Of a stretch of DNA of 64,000 bases, positions 21,593 through 32,915 are shown one piece after another (the stretch's first letter is position 1; every line of letters begins with the position of its first letter). A model generated the notes under the pieces. It worked only from the letters and a program-made list of their open reading frames with translations. It was not told where the DNA came from and ran no database searches. Source of the stretch: Alphaproteobacteria bacterium. Lineage in GTDB: Bacteria > Pseudomonadota > Alphaproteobacteria > SHVV01. The translations under genes and the position numbers were made by a program. The stretch spans positions 4,416,001 through 4,480,000 of the forward strand of contig OZ253470.1 in the NCBI GenBank assembly GCA_965261735.1. The letters run 5' to 3'.

Positions 21593-22497
21593 GCCCGGCT
21601 CTCGAACAGCGTGCGCAACCCGACCAGCCAGGCGTAGAGCCCGAACCCGACCAGCGTGATGATGAGCAGGATCGCGGCCAGGGCGGAAGCGAAGTTCCAG
21701 TTGAGCAGAAGGTCGACCTGGTAGTCGATGATCGTCGCCATCATCTGGTCTCGGTTGCCACCCATCAGGCGCGGCGTGATGTAGTAGCCGACGGCGAGGA
21801 TGAACACGAGCAGGCTGCCGCCGACGACGCCCGGCATCGAATGCGGCAACAGAATGCGCCGAAACACGTTCCAGTCACTGGCGCCCAGGCTATACGCCGC
21901 CCTGACCAGCTGAAAGTCGATACCCCGCATGACGCTGTAGAGCGTGAGCACCATGTAGGGGAGCAGCGTGTAGGTCATGCCGATGAGCACGCTGGTACGG
22001 TTGTAGAGAAGCTTCACCGGATCGATTCCGAGGCCACCCAGCATCTGATTGAGAAGCCCCTCGGGGCCGAGGATCACCATCCAGGCATAAGTGCGGACAA
22101 GAATGCTGGTGAAGAACGGAATCAGCACCATCGCCATCAGGATGGCCGCCGTGCGGCCCGACGCGGTCGCTAGGACGAAGGCCAGCGGATAGGCAATGAT
22201 GAGCGCGAGAACCGTCACCGAGCCGGCGATTTCGAACGTAATCAGCAGAACGCGCAAGTAGATGGAGCGGTTGAAGAAGCGGCCGTAATGTTCGAGGGTG
22301 AACCCCTGGTCGCTGTCAAAGCTGCGCATCAGGATGTCGATCATGGGGTAGGCGAAGAAGACGGCCAGGAACCCGAGTGCCGGCAACAGCAGCAGGATCA
22401 GTGTCCATCCGCGCGGGCCCTGCCGGGCCAGGTGCATCGGCAGGGCGAGCACATCTCCCTCGGCGAGCCCGTCGTGCACCTGGCGCTGCGTACTCAT
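21589..22497 (-). CDS. ABC transporter permease (PotB-like)
   Basis: TSILVRTYAW, AAYSLGA, TPRLMGG. Confidence 0.92.
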   Translation of the reverse strand: MSTQRQVHDGLAEGDVLALPMHLARQGPRGWTLILLLLPALGFLAVFFAYPMIDILMRSFDSDQGFTLEHYGRFFNRSIYLRVLLITFEIAGSVTVLALIIAYPLAFVLATASGRTAAILMAMVLIPFFTSILVRTYAWMVILGPEGLLNQMLGGLGIDPVKLLYNRTSVLIGMTYTLLPYMVLTLYSVMRGIDFQLVRAAYSLGASDWNVFRRILLPHSMPGVVGGSLLVFILAVGYYITPRLMGGNRDQMMATIIDYQVDLLLNWNFASALAAILLIITLVGFGLYAWLVGLRTLFESRA

Positions 22498-22506
22498 GCG
22501 TCGGCT

Positions 22507-23682
22507 CTAGCCGCGTGAATCGGGCGCGAGGATTTTCGTGTACTCCGGCGCCCACGTCACCGTGACGGCGTCGCCAGCCGAAAAGCGCTGGGCGCCATCG
22601 CGCCGGTACTCCTTGACGACCAGTGTTTGGGCGAGGGTCGGCCGCGTCTCGCCGACCACCACCGCGTATTTGACGGCATCGCCGAGAAAGGTGACTTCGC
22701 TGACCCGCCCCTGCCATGAATTGCCGTCCGAGGGCGCTTCCCCATTCGTTAGCGCCAGTCGCTCCAAGTGCACCGATGCCCGGACTTGGTCGCCGTGCCG
22801 GGCATCGCCGCGGCGCAGCGCGCGAAAGACGCGACCCGCCGGATGCTGGACCACCACCGCGCGCTCGTCGATGTCGGTAACCGTACCTTCAAGCAAGTTG
22901 CTCTCGCCGACGAAGTTGGCCACGAACACGGTCAACGGCTCCTCGTACACCTGCTCCGGCGTGCCCGCCTGCTCGATCTTGCCATCACGCATGACGACGA
23001 TCTGATCGGACATCGTGAGCGCCTCTTCCTGGTCGTGGGTGACATACACCACGGTCACGTTCAGGCGCTGCTGTAGGTGCTTGATCTCGAGCTGAAGCGC
23101 GCTCCGCAGCTTCTTGTCGAGGGCGCCGAGCGGCTCGTCCATGAGCAGGACACGGGGCTCGAACACGATCGCCCGGGCGAGCGCGACGCGCTGCTGCTGC
23201 CCGCCGGAGAGTTGGCCCGGATAGCGGGCTTCCAGTCCGGTAAGCTCGACGATCTCCAGCACGCGCTTGACTCGCTCACGCACCTCGGCGCGCGTGCTGC
23301 GCCGCATCTGCAATGGGAACGCGACGTTCTCGAACACCGTCATGCGCGGGAACAGGGCGTAGTTCTGAAAGACCACGCCGAGATCGCGCTTTTGCGGCGG
23401 CAATTTGGTGATCGGACGTTCGTCGACGAAGATCTCGCCGCGGTCGGGCTGCGCGAACCCGGCCAGCATCATCAGGGTCGTCGTCTTGCCCGATCCGCTG
23501 GGACCGAGCAGCGTGCAGAATTCACCCGCCGCGATGGTCAGGTCGCAACCGGCAACCGCAATCGTGTCGCCGTAGGTTTTCCATAGGTCCGAAAGGCGAA
23601 TCGCCGCCCCTCCAACGGAGCCGGCACGCGGGGTGCCGGCGGGAGGAGGGGCGGCGATTTCCTCAGAAGCCGATCGAGCCAT
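22507..23682 (-). CDS. ABC transporter ATP-binding protein (PotA-like, TOBE domain)
   Basis: [35 protein letters not shown]. Confidence 0.95.
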   Translation of the reverse strand: MARSASEEIAAPPPAGTPRAGSVGGAAIRLSDLWKTYGDTIAVAGCDLTIAAGEFCTLLGPSGSGKTTTLMMLAGFAQPDRGEIFVDERPITKLPPQKRDLGVVFQNYALFPRMTVFENVAFPLQMRRSTRAEVRERVKRVLEIVELTGLEARYPGQLSGGQQQRVALARAIVFEPRVLLMDEPLGALDKKLRSALQLEIKHLQQRLNVTVVYVTHDQEEALTMSDQIVVMRDGKIEQAGTPEQVYEEPLTVFVANFVGESNLLEGTVTDIDERAVVVQHPAGRVFRALRRGDARHGDQVRASVHLERLALTNGEAPSDGNSWQGRVSEVTFLGDAVKYAVVVGETRPTLAQTLVVKEYRRDGAQRFSAGDAVTVTWAPEYTKILAPDSRG

Positions 23683-23685
23683 GCG

Positions 23686-24795
23686 CTAGGTAAGTAGGAA
23701 CTCCTGCCAGCGCTCGAGCACTTCTGCCCTGTGCTCTACCCACCATGCGCCACTGTTGTCGAAGCCGATCTCGCGGTTTTTCGGTGCCGTTGGCAGGGTT
23801 GCCGCCACCTTCGCGTCGATGAAGTTGAAGGCTTTCTTGTTGGCGGGACTGAGCAGCACTTTCGGCAGGGTATTGGCTTGCGGCTCGGGGGAAAGCTCGA
23901 AATCGAGCAGACGGTATGCGTTGTCGAGATTCTTCGCGGACTTCAGAATGGCGCCCGCTTCGAGCATGCGCATACCCTCGTTCCACTCGATACCAAGAGG
24001 CGCACCCTTGTCGATCAGAACCTGCGCGCGGTTTGCCCACAGGCTCGTGGCCACGACCGTCTTCTCTGCGATCATAGACGCACCGAGCGCGCCGCTATCG
24101 AAAAACTTGGGGATGTGCGGCTTGATCTCGGTCAACTTCTTGAACGCGCGGTCGACGTCAATGGGGTACAGGTTGGCTCGGGACACGCCGTCGGCGAGTA
24201 GCGCGAACTCGAGATTGGGAGCGATCGCCTTGGCGTCCTGCAACGACCGCGGCCCCGGAAATGTGTCGATGTCCCAGAATTCCTTCCAACTGCCGGGATG
24301 CCGACTGGGGAACGCCTCCTTGTTGTAGACGAGCACCTCGGCGAACACAGAGTAGCCGAGATAGTAGTCGGTAACGGGCGTAATGTCGGCAAGGTCGGTG
24401 AACTCGAACTTCGACTTGTCGAGCTTCTCCAGCGCACCTTGATTGCGTAGCGTTATGGTCGCGGGCTCGTTGCCGGCGATCAGATCGAGACCGCCCTCAC
24501 CGGCTTGGACCATGGCCAGCATTTTCGCCGTGTTGGCGGCGACGGGAACAACCCGTATCCCGGTCTTCGCTTCGAAGACGGACCAAGTGCCTTTCTGAAG
24601 CGCGTCCTGGTACGATCCTCCGGACGTCCGTACGTAGACCTCTCCCCCCTTCTGGGCGCGCACGATGTTCGGGAACCCGAGCGCGGCGACTCCGGCGCCC
24701 ACCGCCAGACCCTTAAGGACCTTACGCCGGCCGTGGTCCTGGCTCGACGTGGCTCCCTCATGAGCGGCGATTCGCCCTTGTGAAACTTTCGTCAT
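23686..24795 (-). CDS. ABC substrate-binding protein (PotD/PotF-like) with Tat signal
   Basis: GRRKVLKG twin-arginine signal; SGGSY, WKEFWD...FPGPR, LEFALLADGV. Confidence 0.88.
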   Translation of the reverse strand: MTKVSQGRIAAHEGATSSQDHGRRKVLKGLAVGAGVAALGFPNIVRAQKGGEVYVRTSGGSYQDALQKGTWSVFEAKTGIRVVPVAANTAKMLAMVQAGEGGLDLIAGNEPATITLRNQGALEKLDKSKFEFTDLADITPVTDYYLGYSVFAEVLVYNKEAFPSRHPGSWKEFWDIDTFPGPRSLQDAKAIAPNLEFALLADGVSRANLYPIDVDRAFKKLTEIKPHIPKFFDSGALGASMIAEKTVVATSLWANRAQVLIDKGAPLGIEWNEGMRMLEAGAILKSAKNLDNAYRLLDFELSPEPQANTLPKVLLSPANKKAFNFIDAKVAATLPTAPKNREIGFDNSGAWWVEHRAEVLERWQEFLLT

Positions 24796-24924
24796 TACCC
24801 TGTCTCCCTTTGATTGTTGTCCTCTGTCACGTGCGATACCGCCGCGCTCCCAGTCGTCGGCTCACGCGGTATCATCCCCCACAAATGCTCGACTACACCT
24901 TGGGCCGCGCCCGCGCCCCGGCAC

Positions 24925-26190
24925 TCAGGCCCGTGCCTGAACCGGCTGCTTCGTCGACGACAGCCCGAGGTCTTCCCAGGTGGGCGTCTTGTCGAACTTT
25001 TCGCCGTACTTGATCTTTGAGAATTGTTTGCCGCCATCGAGTATCCCGTCGGCGAGGAGGCGCATGAGTTGCGTGTCCCTGGTGTGCAGAGAGCTGGTCC
25101 GAATCTCGCGCCACATACGCTCGATGGGATGGAACTTGAAGAGCGCACGCGTGCCGCAAATCTCGAAGGCCTTCGTCGCGCCCGATATCGCGGCCAGCTT
25201 CGCGGTGTGGAGCGCGCGGATCGAGGCGAGCCCGGCTTCGTCGTAGCGGTGTTCACTCCAAAGCCAGATCGCGTACCACATCGAAGTGCGCACAGACTGC
25301 AGCGCAGCATCCATCTCCGCCAGAGCGAACATCAGCACGTCATCCTCGTTGAGGTAGGGCCGCTCGTGGATGAAGTCGACGACAAAATCGAGGATGCCTT
25401 CGGCGGCACCAAGCAGATGCGCCGTGTGTGACACTTCGTACGTGTGTGGATCCTTCTGCACGAAGTCACCGGGCTGGCCAATGACGTTTTCCCAGGGGAC
25501 GAAGACATCTTCGAGCTTCGCGCTCCAGCTCACCGAGCCCCGCAGGCCGGTGATCTCATCCCAGCCATTGTCGAAGAAGATGAGGCCTTTGCTGTCCTTG
25601 GGTATGATCGCCTGCGTCAGACCCTCGCCGTTGTTAGTCGTCCCGGGCGCGAGCGCCCACAGCAGCAGGTAGTCCGAGACCGGACCCATCGAGCAAAAGT
25701 GCTTGGTGCCGTTGGCCAGGAAGCCGCCTTCGACGGGCTTGAACTGGGACTCGAACACAAGCCGGGTTTGAACGTTCAATCCTTTGAGCTGCGCCGGATT
25801 CACCTCGCTTCCCAGCGACCCCGTAAGGGCGCCGTTGTCGACGACGTCGGCGAACACGCGGCTCTTCTGCTCGTCGCTCGCGAGCCGCGCCATGACGCCG
25901 ACCTGATGGAAGTGAATGAGGAGATTCCAGGACGTGGTCGGGCACGCACGGGCAAGCACCTGGGCTACCGTGTACTGCAACAGCCCGACATTGCCGGCTG
26001 GTCCCGCGTAGCCGCCATACTCTCTCGGGACGGCAAGCTTGTGAAATCCCTCGGCCTTGAGCTCCTCAAAGTTTTCGGCTGGGTAGGCTGCGGCCTCATC
26101 GTACTGGCGCGCCCGTTCGGCGAATTTCTTGGCCACGCGTTCCGTTTTTTCCACCCATGCCTGCTCTTCTTTACCGAGTGCGAAGTCCAT
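24925..26190 (-). CDS. Acyl-CoA dehydrogenase-fold flavin-dependent monooxygenase (DszC/SfnB-like)
   Basis: LAVPREYGG, NGTKHFCS, W...GLRGSVS, IERMWRE...LH; likely start MDFALG at 26190. Confidence 0.8.
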   Translation of the reverse strand: MDFALGKEEQAWVEKTERVAKKFAERARQYDEAAAYPAENFEELKAEGFHKLAVPREYGGYAGPAGNVGLLQYTVAQVLARACPTTSWNLLIHFHQVGVMARLASDEQKSRVFADVVDNGALTGSLGSEVNPAQLKGLNVQTRLVFESQFKPVEGGFLANGTKHFCSMGPVSDYLLLWALAPGTTNNGEGLTQAIIPKDSKGLIFFDNGWDEITGLRGSVSWSAKLEDVFVPWENVIGQPGDFVQKDPHTYEVSHTAHLLGAAEGILDFVVDFIHERPYLNEDDVLMFALAEMDAALQSVRTSMWYAIWLWSEHRYDEAGLASIRALHTAKLAAISGATKAFEICGTRALFKFHPIERMWREIRTSSLHTRDTQLMRLLADGILDGGKQFSKIKYGEKFDKTPTWEDLGLSSTKQPVQARA

Positions 26191-26326
26191 AAACGAATCT
26201 CCGTGCGCGGGGAGCGGTCCCTCCAGCGCTATCAGGGGCCGCTCTTGCATGCAGCATGCAGTGCATCGTATTCTCCGAGGGCGCCCGCGTCAAAGCTGTT
26301 CTTCAGAGCATCGAAAGTCGACCCGA

Positions 26327-26614
26327 ATGACCGCGTACTTCATAGCCGAAGTGACCGTTACCGACCCGGCCGGATACGACGCCTATAGGGTTCAGGTTCC
26401 GCCAACGATCGAAAAGTATGGTGGCCGTGTGGTGGCGCGCGCCGCCAACGTGACCCTCCTAGAAGGGTCGCAGGCGCCGGAGCGACTGGTGATCATCGAG
26501 TTCGACGATCTCGACGCGCTAAGGCGCTGGTATGACTCGCCCGAGGCGCAACCGTTGAATTCACTTCGCCAACGAGTTTCCAAGTCCCGTGCCATCGCCT
26601 TCGAAGGCGCCTGA
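26327..26614 (+). CDS. DUF1330-family protein
   Basis: MTAYFI...YGGR...LEG...IIEF...WYDSPE. Confidence 0.85.
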   Translation: MTAYFIAEVTVTDPAGYDAYRVQVPPTIEKYGGRVVARAANVTLLEGSQAPERLVIIEFDDLDALRRWYDSPEAQPLNSLRQRVSKSRAIAFEGA

Positions 26615-27200
26615 CGTGGGGTGGCGGCAAGCGGACGCGGTTTCGGCACTGCGGTTCGACGACGTGGGAAAGCCTCGACAGAGAGCGCGCACGAAGGTTG
26701 TCGAGCCACCATCGCCGGAGCCCCGCGTCCTTCGAGAGGCCTTAGGGTGCTTCGCCACGGGGGTTACCGTCATCACCTGCAGCGACGAAGCGTCGCGGCC
26801 CTGCGGCGTTACCGCGAACTCATTCAGCTCGGTCTCGCTCGAACCGCCGCTGATCCTGTTCAGCCTGGCACGGTCGCTCAATAGTATCGGCGCATTTCAA
26901 CGGGCGTCCCACTTTGCCGTCAACGTCCTGGGCACCCACCACAGAGACCTGTCCGAGCGATTCGCGACCGCGTTGAGCGACAAATGGCGGGGAGTGCCCC
27001 ATCGGCCGGGTATGCGGGGTTGCCCGATTCTCACAGACGCGCTAGCGGTACTCGAGTGTGAGGACTGGCACCAGTATGACGGCGGTGACCACGTGATCTT
27101 TGTATCCCGCGTGATGAGGGTCTCGTGGGATACGCGCCGCGAGCCGTTGCTCTTCTTCCGCGGGGCGTACACCTCCGCGGCGCTTCCTCGCCAGCGATAG
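26615..27200 (+). CDS. Flavin reductase (HpaC/RutF-like); start uncertain
   Basis: LGCFATGVTVIT, TANSFSSVSLEPPL, GGDHVIF, PLLFFRG. Confidence 0.9.
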
Positions 27201-27748
27201 CCGCTCCCGGCGGGCGCAGGCCCGCTCACCCACGAATCGGGTATTGTTCCGCCAAGTTGACCCCCCGATTCGGCGGCAGGACTTGAAGAGCTGTGGCGGC
27301 CAAATCGTGAGCGCGCGCCTCTACCCCTCAAATCAAGTCTGCTTTGTCATCCCAAACCTGACGAACCAGTGCGATGACCGAGATGACGGCTAGGGGTCAC
27401 AAGCCGACTCGGCGCTACCGATCTTGCTTGGTCCGATAAGAGCCGCTAAGCCGACGCGGCAGGTATTTTCGGGAAACCGGCTTCCGCCAATGTTTGCAAT
27501 CCGTATGCAAACGCCCCCGAGTTCGCTTTTGTTCTCGGCGCGCCTAGCTGCTAACCTCTTGAAAAAACGGGCGGATGGGGTGGCGAGCGCCTGCCGCGCG
27601 CCATCCCGCCACTCGGCATAGCCGGGGCGGCGGCAGGCTGACCGGGTTGCCATGGATGAATACCAACGCGGCAACGACGCCGAGCGGCGCACGTTAAACG
27701 GGGTGGGGAGCGGACGCAGGTCGGCGGAGGAGTTCAGCAAACTTACCA

Positions 27749-28020
27749 TTGTCCTTGACTGGGGTGGCCAAGCTGCTCGGCCACGCCCTGGTCGAGACCA
27801 CCGCGCGATATAGGCCTCTCTCGGACCAGTCGATATCCGACGCCGCCGACCGCGTGTCGGGCCGCATCCGGGCGGCCCTGGCCGGAAGCGGCGCGGGGCA
27901 GGAGGGGAGGAGCAGTCATGCCGACAATTGAGTTCACGCCACGCCGCGCCCGCGAGGCCCGGCCCGGCATGAAGGACACCATCCTGTTCGACCGCGCGCT
28001 GCCCTTCGGGCGCGTTTGAT
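27749..28020 (+). pseudogene. Tandem integrase remnants: C-terminus of one followed by the arm-domain start of the next
   Basis: VAKLLGHALVETTARY; overlapping MPTIEFTPRRAREARPG..TILFD from 27918. Confidence 0.7.
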
Positions 28021-28084
28021 CGCGCCGTCTTGCGGGAAGTGCGGCTGCGGTAATGGCGAAGGAGACGAGCCGGATTAGATCAGC

Positions 28085-28352
28085 GGAACGATAAGCCGCA
28101 TCAGTTGGCTGGCAGTCAGCACGGTCATGCCAAACATGAGGTGGGCGAGAACCTTGTCGTATCCACGCACGCGGACATGGCGGCCGCCGAACGCATCCTT
28201 GAGCCGCCCATTGACCCGTTCGGACCCTCAACGCTCGACGTAGCGACCCTCTTCGGGAAAGACGAGAGCGAGCGTCCGCCGCGCCTTCTTCTCTCGCCTC
28301 AACGCCTCTTGCATGTCGACCGAGCTGCGGGGGTTTACGTCGATGATCGGCT
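28085..28352 (-). pseudogene. DDE transposase C-terminal fragment
   Basis: ERVNGRLKDAFGGRHVRVRGYDKVLAHLMFG with an in-frame stop just upstream. Confidence 0.6.
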
Positions 28353-28821
28353 TGTGGCCACCGGACGCCGCCGGAACGAAGTGCTGAATCTGCGCTGGCG
28401 GAACGTCGGCGGCGACGCGTTGAACCTCGATGACTCCAAGACCGGCCCGCGCGCAGTGCCGCTCGGCGAAGCCGCGCGGGCGCACATCACTGCGCCTCCC
28501 GATGCTCGCGGCCCCGGCGCGTTCCTGTTCCCGCGCTACGCCGAAGGCCGGGGCGCCTACAACCTTGAAACTTGCTGGCGGACAGTTTGCGAAGACGCGA
28601 AGCTCGGGAGCCTTCGCCTGCACGACCTGCGGCATACCGCCCCTAGCCAGGCCATCATGGCGGGCGAGAGTCTGCCCCTGGTCGGCAAGCTGCTCGGGCA
28701 CCGGCGCCACCGCACAACGGCGGGCTACGCCCACCTTGCCGACGCGTATCTTGTCGAGGCGGCGGAAAAGGTCGGAAGCATCATCACCGAGGCGATGGAG
28801 TTAAAAGTCCGTTTGCGTTAG
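28350..28821 (+). pseudogene. Tyrosine integrase catalytic-domain fragment
   Basis: TGRRRNE, SKTG, HDLRHT, LGHRRHRTTAGY. Confidence 0.85.
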
Positions 28822-28862
28822 CCTCGGTCATTCATTCTCATCCAGGCAAGAGGACCTTGGGG

Positions 28863-29382
28863 GTGGCGTCCGTAAGCATCACAAAGCCCTCAGCAGCTCA
28901 GCGGCAGATTGATGCGGCTATACGAATCCTGTTTTCGGGGGAAGACATTCTGGCCGTGCATACTGTTGTTGCGGCCGCACATCGTATTGTTTTGGATTTG
29001 GCGGAGAAGCGCAACTTGGCCCCCTATACTGAGTCCATTAGAACAACCATCGCTACCCTATATCGCCAACAGTTTGAGGAAACAATTCCGAACCACAAAT
29101 TGCAAAATTGGGCAGCACAATTCGAGAAAAAGTATTTTCGTCCATATTTGAACCGTCCTGCCAACTTCCTTAAGCACGCTGACCAAGATGCTGGCAAGGT
29201 ATTGGATCATGATAGACCGACACACTCTTGCTGGCCTCGTGCGTTAGGTATGCGGAACTCGGGCTAGGGTACACGCCCGAGATGAAAGCCTTTTTCCTAT
29301 GGCATCTCGCCGTTTATCCTCACGAAGATGGCGACGAGATTAAGACCGCTTCTGGTTACGTACATGACCTTTCACGTGCTCA
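28863..29382 (+). pseudogene. Uncharacterised NFxKHAD-motif protein (HEPN-like), frameshifted and truncated
   Basis: AAQRQIDAAI...NRPANFLKHADQD; continues in another frame from ~29213; similar to 32028-32673. Confidence 0.6.
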
Positions 29383-29514
29383 TCGCTGGAACTCGGGTAG
29401 CGAATGCGGGAATGGGAGATCGGCGCGGTCGAGAACATCCATGGCGCGCTCCCCTATATCCGGTTTGCGCCCATTCTAGCCCTAGTGGGCGTGGGTGTAA
29501 ACCGGATAGGCAAG
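29383..29514 (-). mobile_element. IS1595-family left-end remnant
   Basis: Near-identical to 36370-36501 and 42149-42280; terminus CTTGCCTATCC. Confidence 0.85.
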
Positions 29515-29921
29515 TTTCAATTGATGATGTTTACGTTAGTTTGATGGACGTAAAACTCGGTGAGTCGGACGAGAATGTCGCTCTGGCTGCAATGAATACC
29601 AAGCTGTCGTTTGTTGGTGCCGTTTTATTCGCTCTTTCAAATAGAACGGTGAGGATGATTTACGCAGTGCCCAGAGAATACAATCCGTTGTATTGCGAAG
29701 GCGTCGGTAAATCTATGCGTATTGACATCACCGCGCTGGTACGCGGGGCCAATACATGAAAGAGGGCGTTGATCGTTAGCCACAACATCGAGAATAACTC
29801 CTCCACAAACTACATGTATATAATCTCGACTTCATCTGGCGAGCCCTCATGTTGCTTTTCTCCCCGAGGTCTGTCAGCGTCCCAGACGTGTGATCGTACA
29901 CTTGGGAGCGTGCCGCCGCAG

Positions 29922-31316
29922 GGCTGTGTCTCGAAAGTGGTGGAAATTTGAGGATGGCGTAATCTCCGGGTGACAAGACAACCACCCAATCGGCGGCTAG
30001 CACCGCCAAGGAGATCACGCCATGAAGAACACTACCGAGACTTCCGCGCTTTCGCTACTGGCCAATGACGCCGGCTATGATCCGATCGAGGACCGGCTGC
30101 GGGAGAACATCAGATCCACGATCGAGGCCGTTTTTGAGGAGGAACTTGCGCAGTTTCTCGGGCGCTGCCGATACGGTCGAGAGGACGCGCTTCGGCAAGG
30201 GTATCGGAACGGGCACCGGGAGCGGCAACTGACGGGGACATTCGGGACCGAGAGGGTGAGCGTGCCGCGTGCGCGGATCGTTGAGGAAGACGGTCGGGCG
30301 TCGGAATGGCGTTCGCGGGCGCTGCCGCGCTACCAGCGGCTGACCAGAAAGGCCGAGGCGCTGATCGCTTCGGTGTATCTGTCCGGAACCAACACGCGGC
30401 GGGTGAAACGCGCGCTGTTCGGGCTCTTCCGGGGTGCTGTGAGCAAGGACGTTGTGAGCCGGGCGTAGCGCAAGGTGAAGGTCGATTGGGACGCCTGGTG
30501 CAGCCGTGGCCTCGCGGATGAGGATATCGTTCGGCTGATCCTTGACGGCACTGTGATCAAGACCCGACTGGACCGCAAGGCCACCAACATCTCGGTTCTC
30601 GCGGCTATAGGGGTGCGCCGGGATGGCCAGAAGGTCTTGCTTTCGATCGGGAATATGGGCGGAGAAAGCCAGGCGGCGTGGCGCCAGTTCCTCGACGACC
30701 TTGATGCGCGTGGACTGAAACGGCCCGGGTTTGTCATCGTCGATGGCGCGCCGGGACTGGAGGCGGCTCTGTCGGCGCTTTGGGGCGATGACCTTCCCGT
30801 TCAACGCTGCACCGTGCACAAGCACCGCAACCTTCTGGGTCATGCTCCCAAACACATGCATGACGAGCTGAGCGAAGATTACCGCGATATGATCTATGCT
30901 GACACTGCCTCCGAGGTGGAAACCCGCCGCAAGGCGTTTGTCCGCAAGTGGCGGCTGAAATGCAGGGCCGTCGCGGACAGCCTCGCAGAAGCGGGCGACA
31001 AGCTCTTTACCTTCAACGCGCCTGTCCAAGAGCCAATGGAAATCAGCCCGAACGACCAACGCCATTGAGCGTCTCAACGAGGAGTTCAAGCGCCGGATCA
31101 AAACACAGACCGTGCTGCCGTGTCCCGAAACAGTGCCGATGCTCCTCTGGGCACTCCTCGCTTCCGGCCAAATCCAGATGCGCAAAGTCGATGGATGGGA
31201 AACCCTCGATCAGCTAATCGCCGACGAAACCCTTGACCGCGCAGCCTGACCGCCGCAAAACTCAACCCGCTCGGAGAGGCGCCAAAACCAATTTCCACCA
31301 CTTTCGAGACACAACC
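29922..31316 (+). mobile_element. IS256 copy 2 with inactivated transposase
   Basis: Both TIRs; 9-bp target duplication CCGCCGCAG (29913-29921, 31317-31325); TGG>TAG at 30466-30468 and +1 A near 31015. Confidence 0.95.
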
Positions 31317-31595
31317 CCGCCGCAGGCATTATCAGGTTAACTGATTGTGGGCGATTTTCGGCATTTTCCATGATGCTAAGCCATTGAAATTGCGTAAAGC
31401 CGTCGACAATTTACCAAAATTTCGGAGTGAATCCGGTTAACTTCACAAAGCCCCTAGAAGACTGGTTCAGGGACTCGATAGTCGAGCGCTGGCGCGACGG
31501 CACTGCGCTTGCTCCCCGATTGTGCCTGCGAGATTGAGGCGTGCGGCACAGACTTAGGCACTCATCGGCAACCAGAGATTTTGGAGAACATGAAA

Positions 31596-31727
31596 ATGCC
31601 GATCGACTTTTCTGATATGCTGGGTGACGACCACGAAGTCGCTCTTCATCCTCGCGACATCTTCTTTACGCTTAATCGTGCTCCAAGTTTCTCATTTCCT
31701 CGGGACATACAGACCGAAGTCATGAAC
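31596..31727 (+). pseudogene. N-terminal remnant of a probable DEAD/DEAH-box helicase
   Basis: MPIDFSDML...PRDIFFTL...FPRDIQTEVM Q-motif-like start; sequence diverges afterwards. Confidence 0.45.
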
Positions 31728-32027
31728 GTCGCGGAGCAAGAATGGCGTCAGAACCTTGGCTCACGGGAAGTTTGAGCTCCTGCCGGACCGCGGAAGCGGG
31801 GGGACGGCGCATAGTTCAGTGACCGAAGGCGGAGCGAGAAACTTGTGCCGAATACCACCGTTTGGCGTACCTCCAGTCGTTTCTTCTGGAGAAAGGCCTG
31901 GGTGATGGGGTTCTGGCCGAAGTATCACAACACTGAAGGCACGGGTACGGACTCCGTTGGCGACGAGCGAGACGGAATTATTGGGACCTTCACCAAATCT
32001 GGTGGTATGAACGACTGAGGTAAGACT

Positions 32028-32673
32028 GTGGCTCACAAGAGGGTAACCGTAACCAAGAGTGAAACTGCAACATGCCAGTTGGAGACGGCCATAAAGCTGT
32101 TTCTCGAGAATCGCGATTTGATCTCTGCTTACACACTATGCTGTGCCGCAGATGGCATTCTCGAGGGGATTTATAGAAACGAGCGCGACCAAATTCTCAA
32201 GAAGCAACTTGATCAATCAATAGCCCCGGGCGGCTTGCGCTTCTCGTGGGGGGGAAGAAGTGGAGATCCGGATCAAACCGGAACATCAGAAAGAGATGTT
32301 TCGAGTGCTAAATTCCGCGCAAAACTTTTTCAAGCATGCTGACAAGGATCACGACAGTTCCTACCAATTTCCAGATTGGGAGCTGACTGGAGTGCGGCTC
32401 ATTACGACGGTTATGAACTACAATTTAGTGTTTCGAGAAATCACCCCGGCAATGAACTTGTATTTCACTCTGTATGCGATCGTAAACCCCGGTCTGTTGG
32501 CGGAAGGGAATCCGCTACTGGATGTAATGGCATCCATGCCCGATATCAAAGCAATGTCGAAATGCCTGTCGCGTGAAGATATAGCCGCAATAGGGTATTC
32601 CACTCTCAAGTCCATCTGCCCAAAGCTGTTCGAGCAACCTGCCATCGTTAGCGGCAATTGGCCGCAACTATAG
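32028..32673 (+). pseudogene. Uncharacterised NFxKHAD-motif protein (HEPN-like), split at a G7 run
   Basis: ATCQLETAI...NSAQNFFKHADKD; removing one G at 32248-32254 fuses two ORFs to 214 aa. Confidence 0.65.
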
Positions 32674-32769
32674 AGTTGGACAAATTTTAAGGCTTATCCC
32701 TTTGCTTCCGGTCTAGCGAAAAATGCATAAACGGAAGCGACAGGTGGGCGCGGTTGCCAGTTATAGCTG

Positions 32770-32915
32770 CCGACGAGCCCGTCGCAATTCCAGAGCATGA
32801 AGAACTCGGTGGCGGCGGGGGTGCACGTTGCGGTGGTGACGACGAGACGATCGCCACCGCGCATCTCGGGCTCCATGGACTTACCGCGCACCTTGAGATT
32901 GCATAGCGCCTCGGG
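32770..32915 (-). pseudogene. S24 (LexA/CI-type) peptidase remnant
   Basis: KVRGKSMEPEMRGGDRLVV motif. Confidence 0.55.

Noticed and set aside
14564-31398. TGAA(T/A)TTGCGTAAA at 14564 and 31385 as island-bounding direct repeats
   Set aside because: A 13/14 AT-rich match with no tRNA sequence at the second site; too weak
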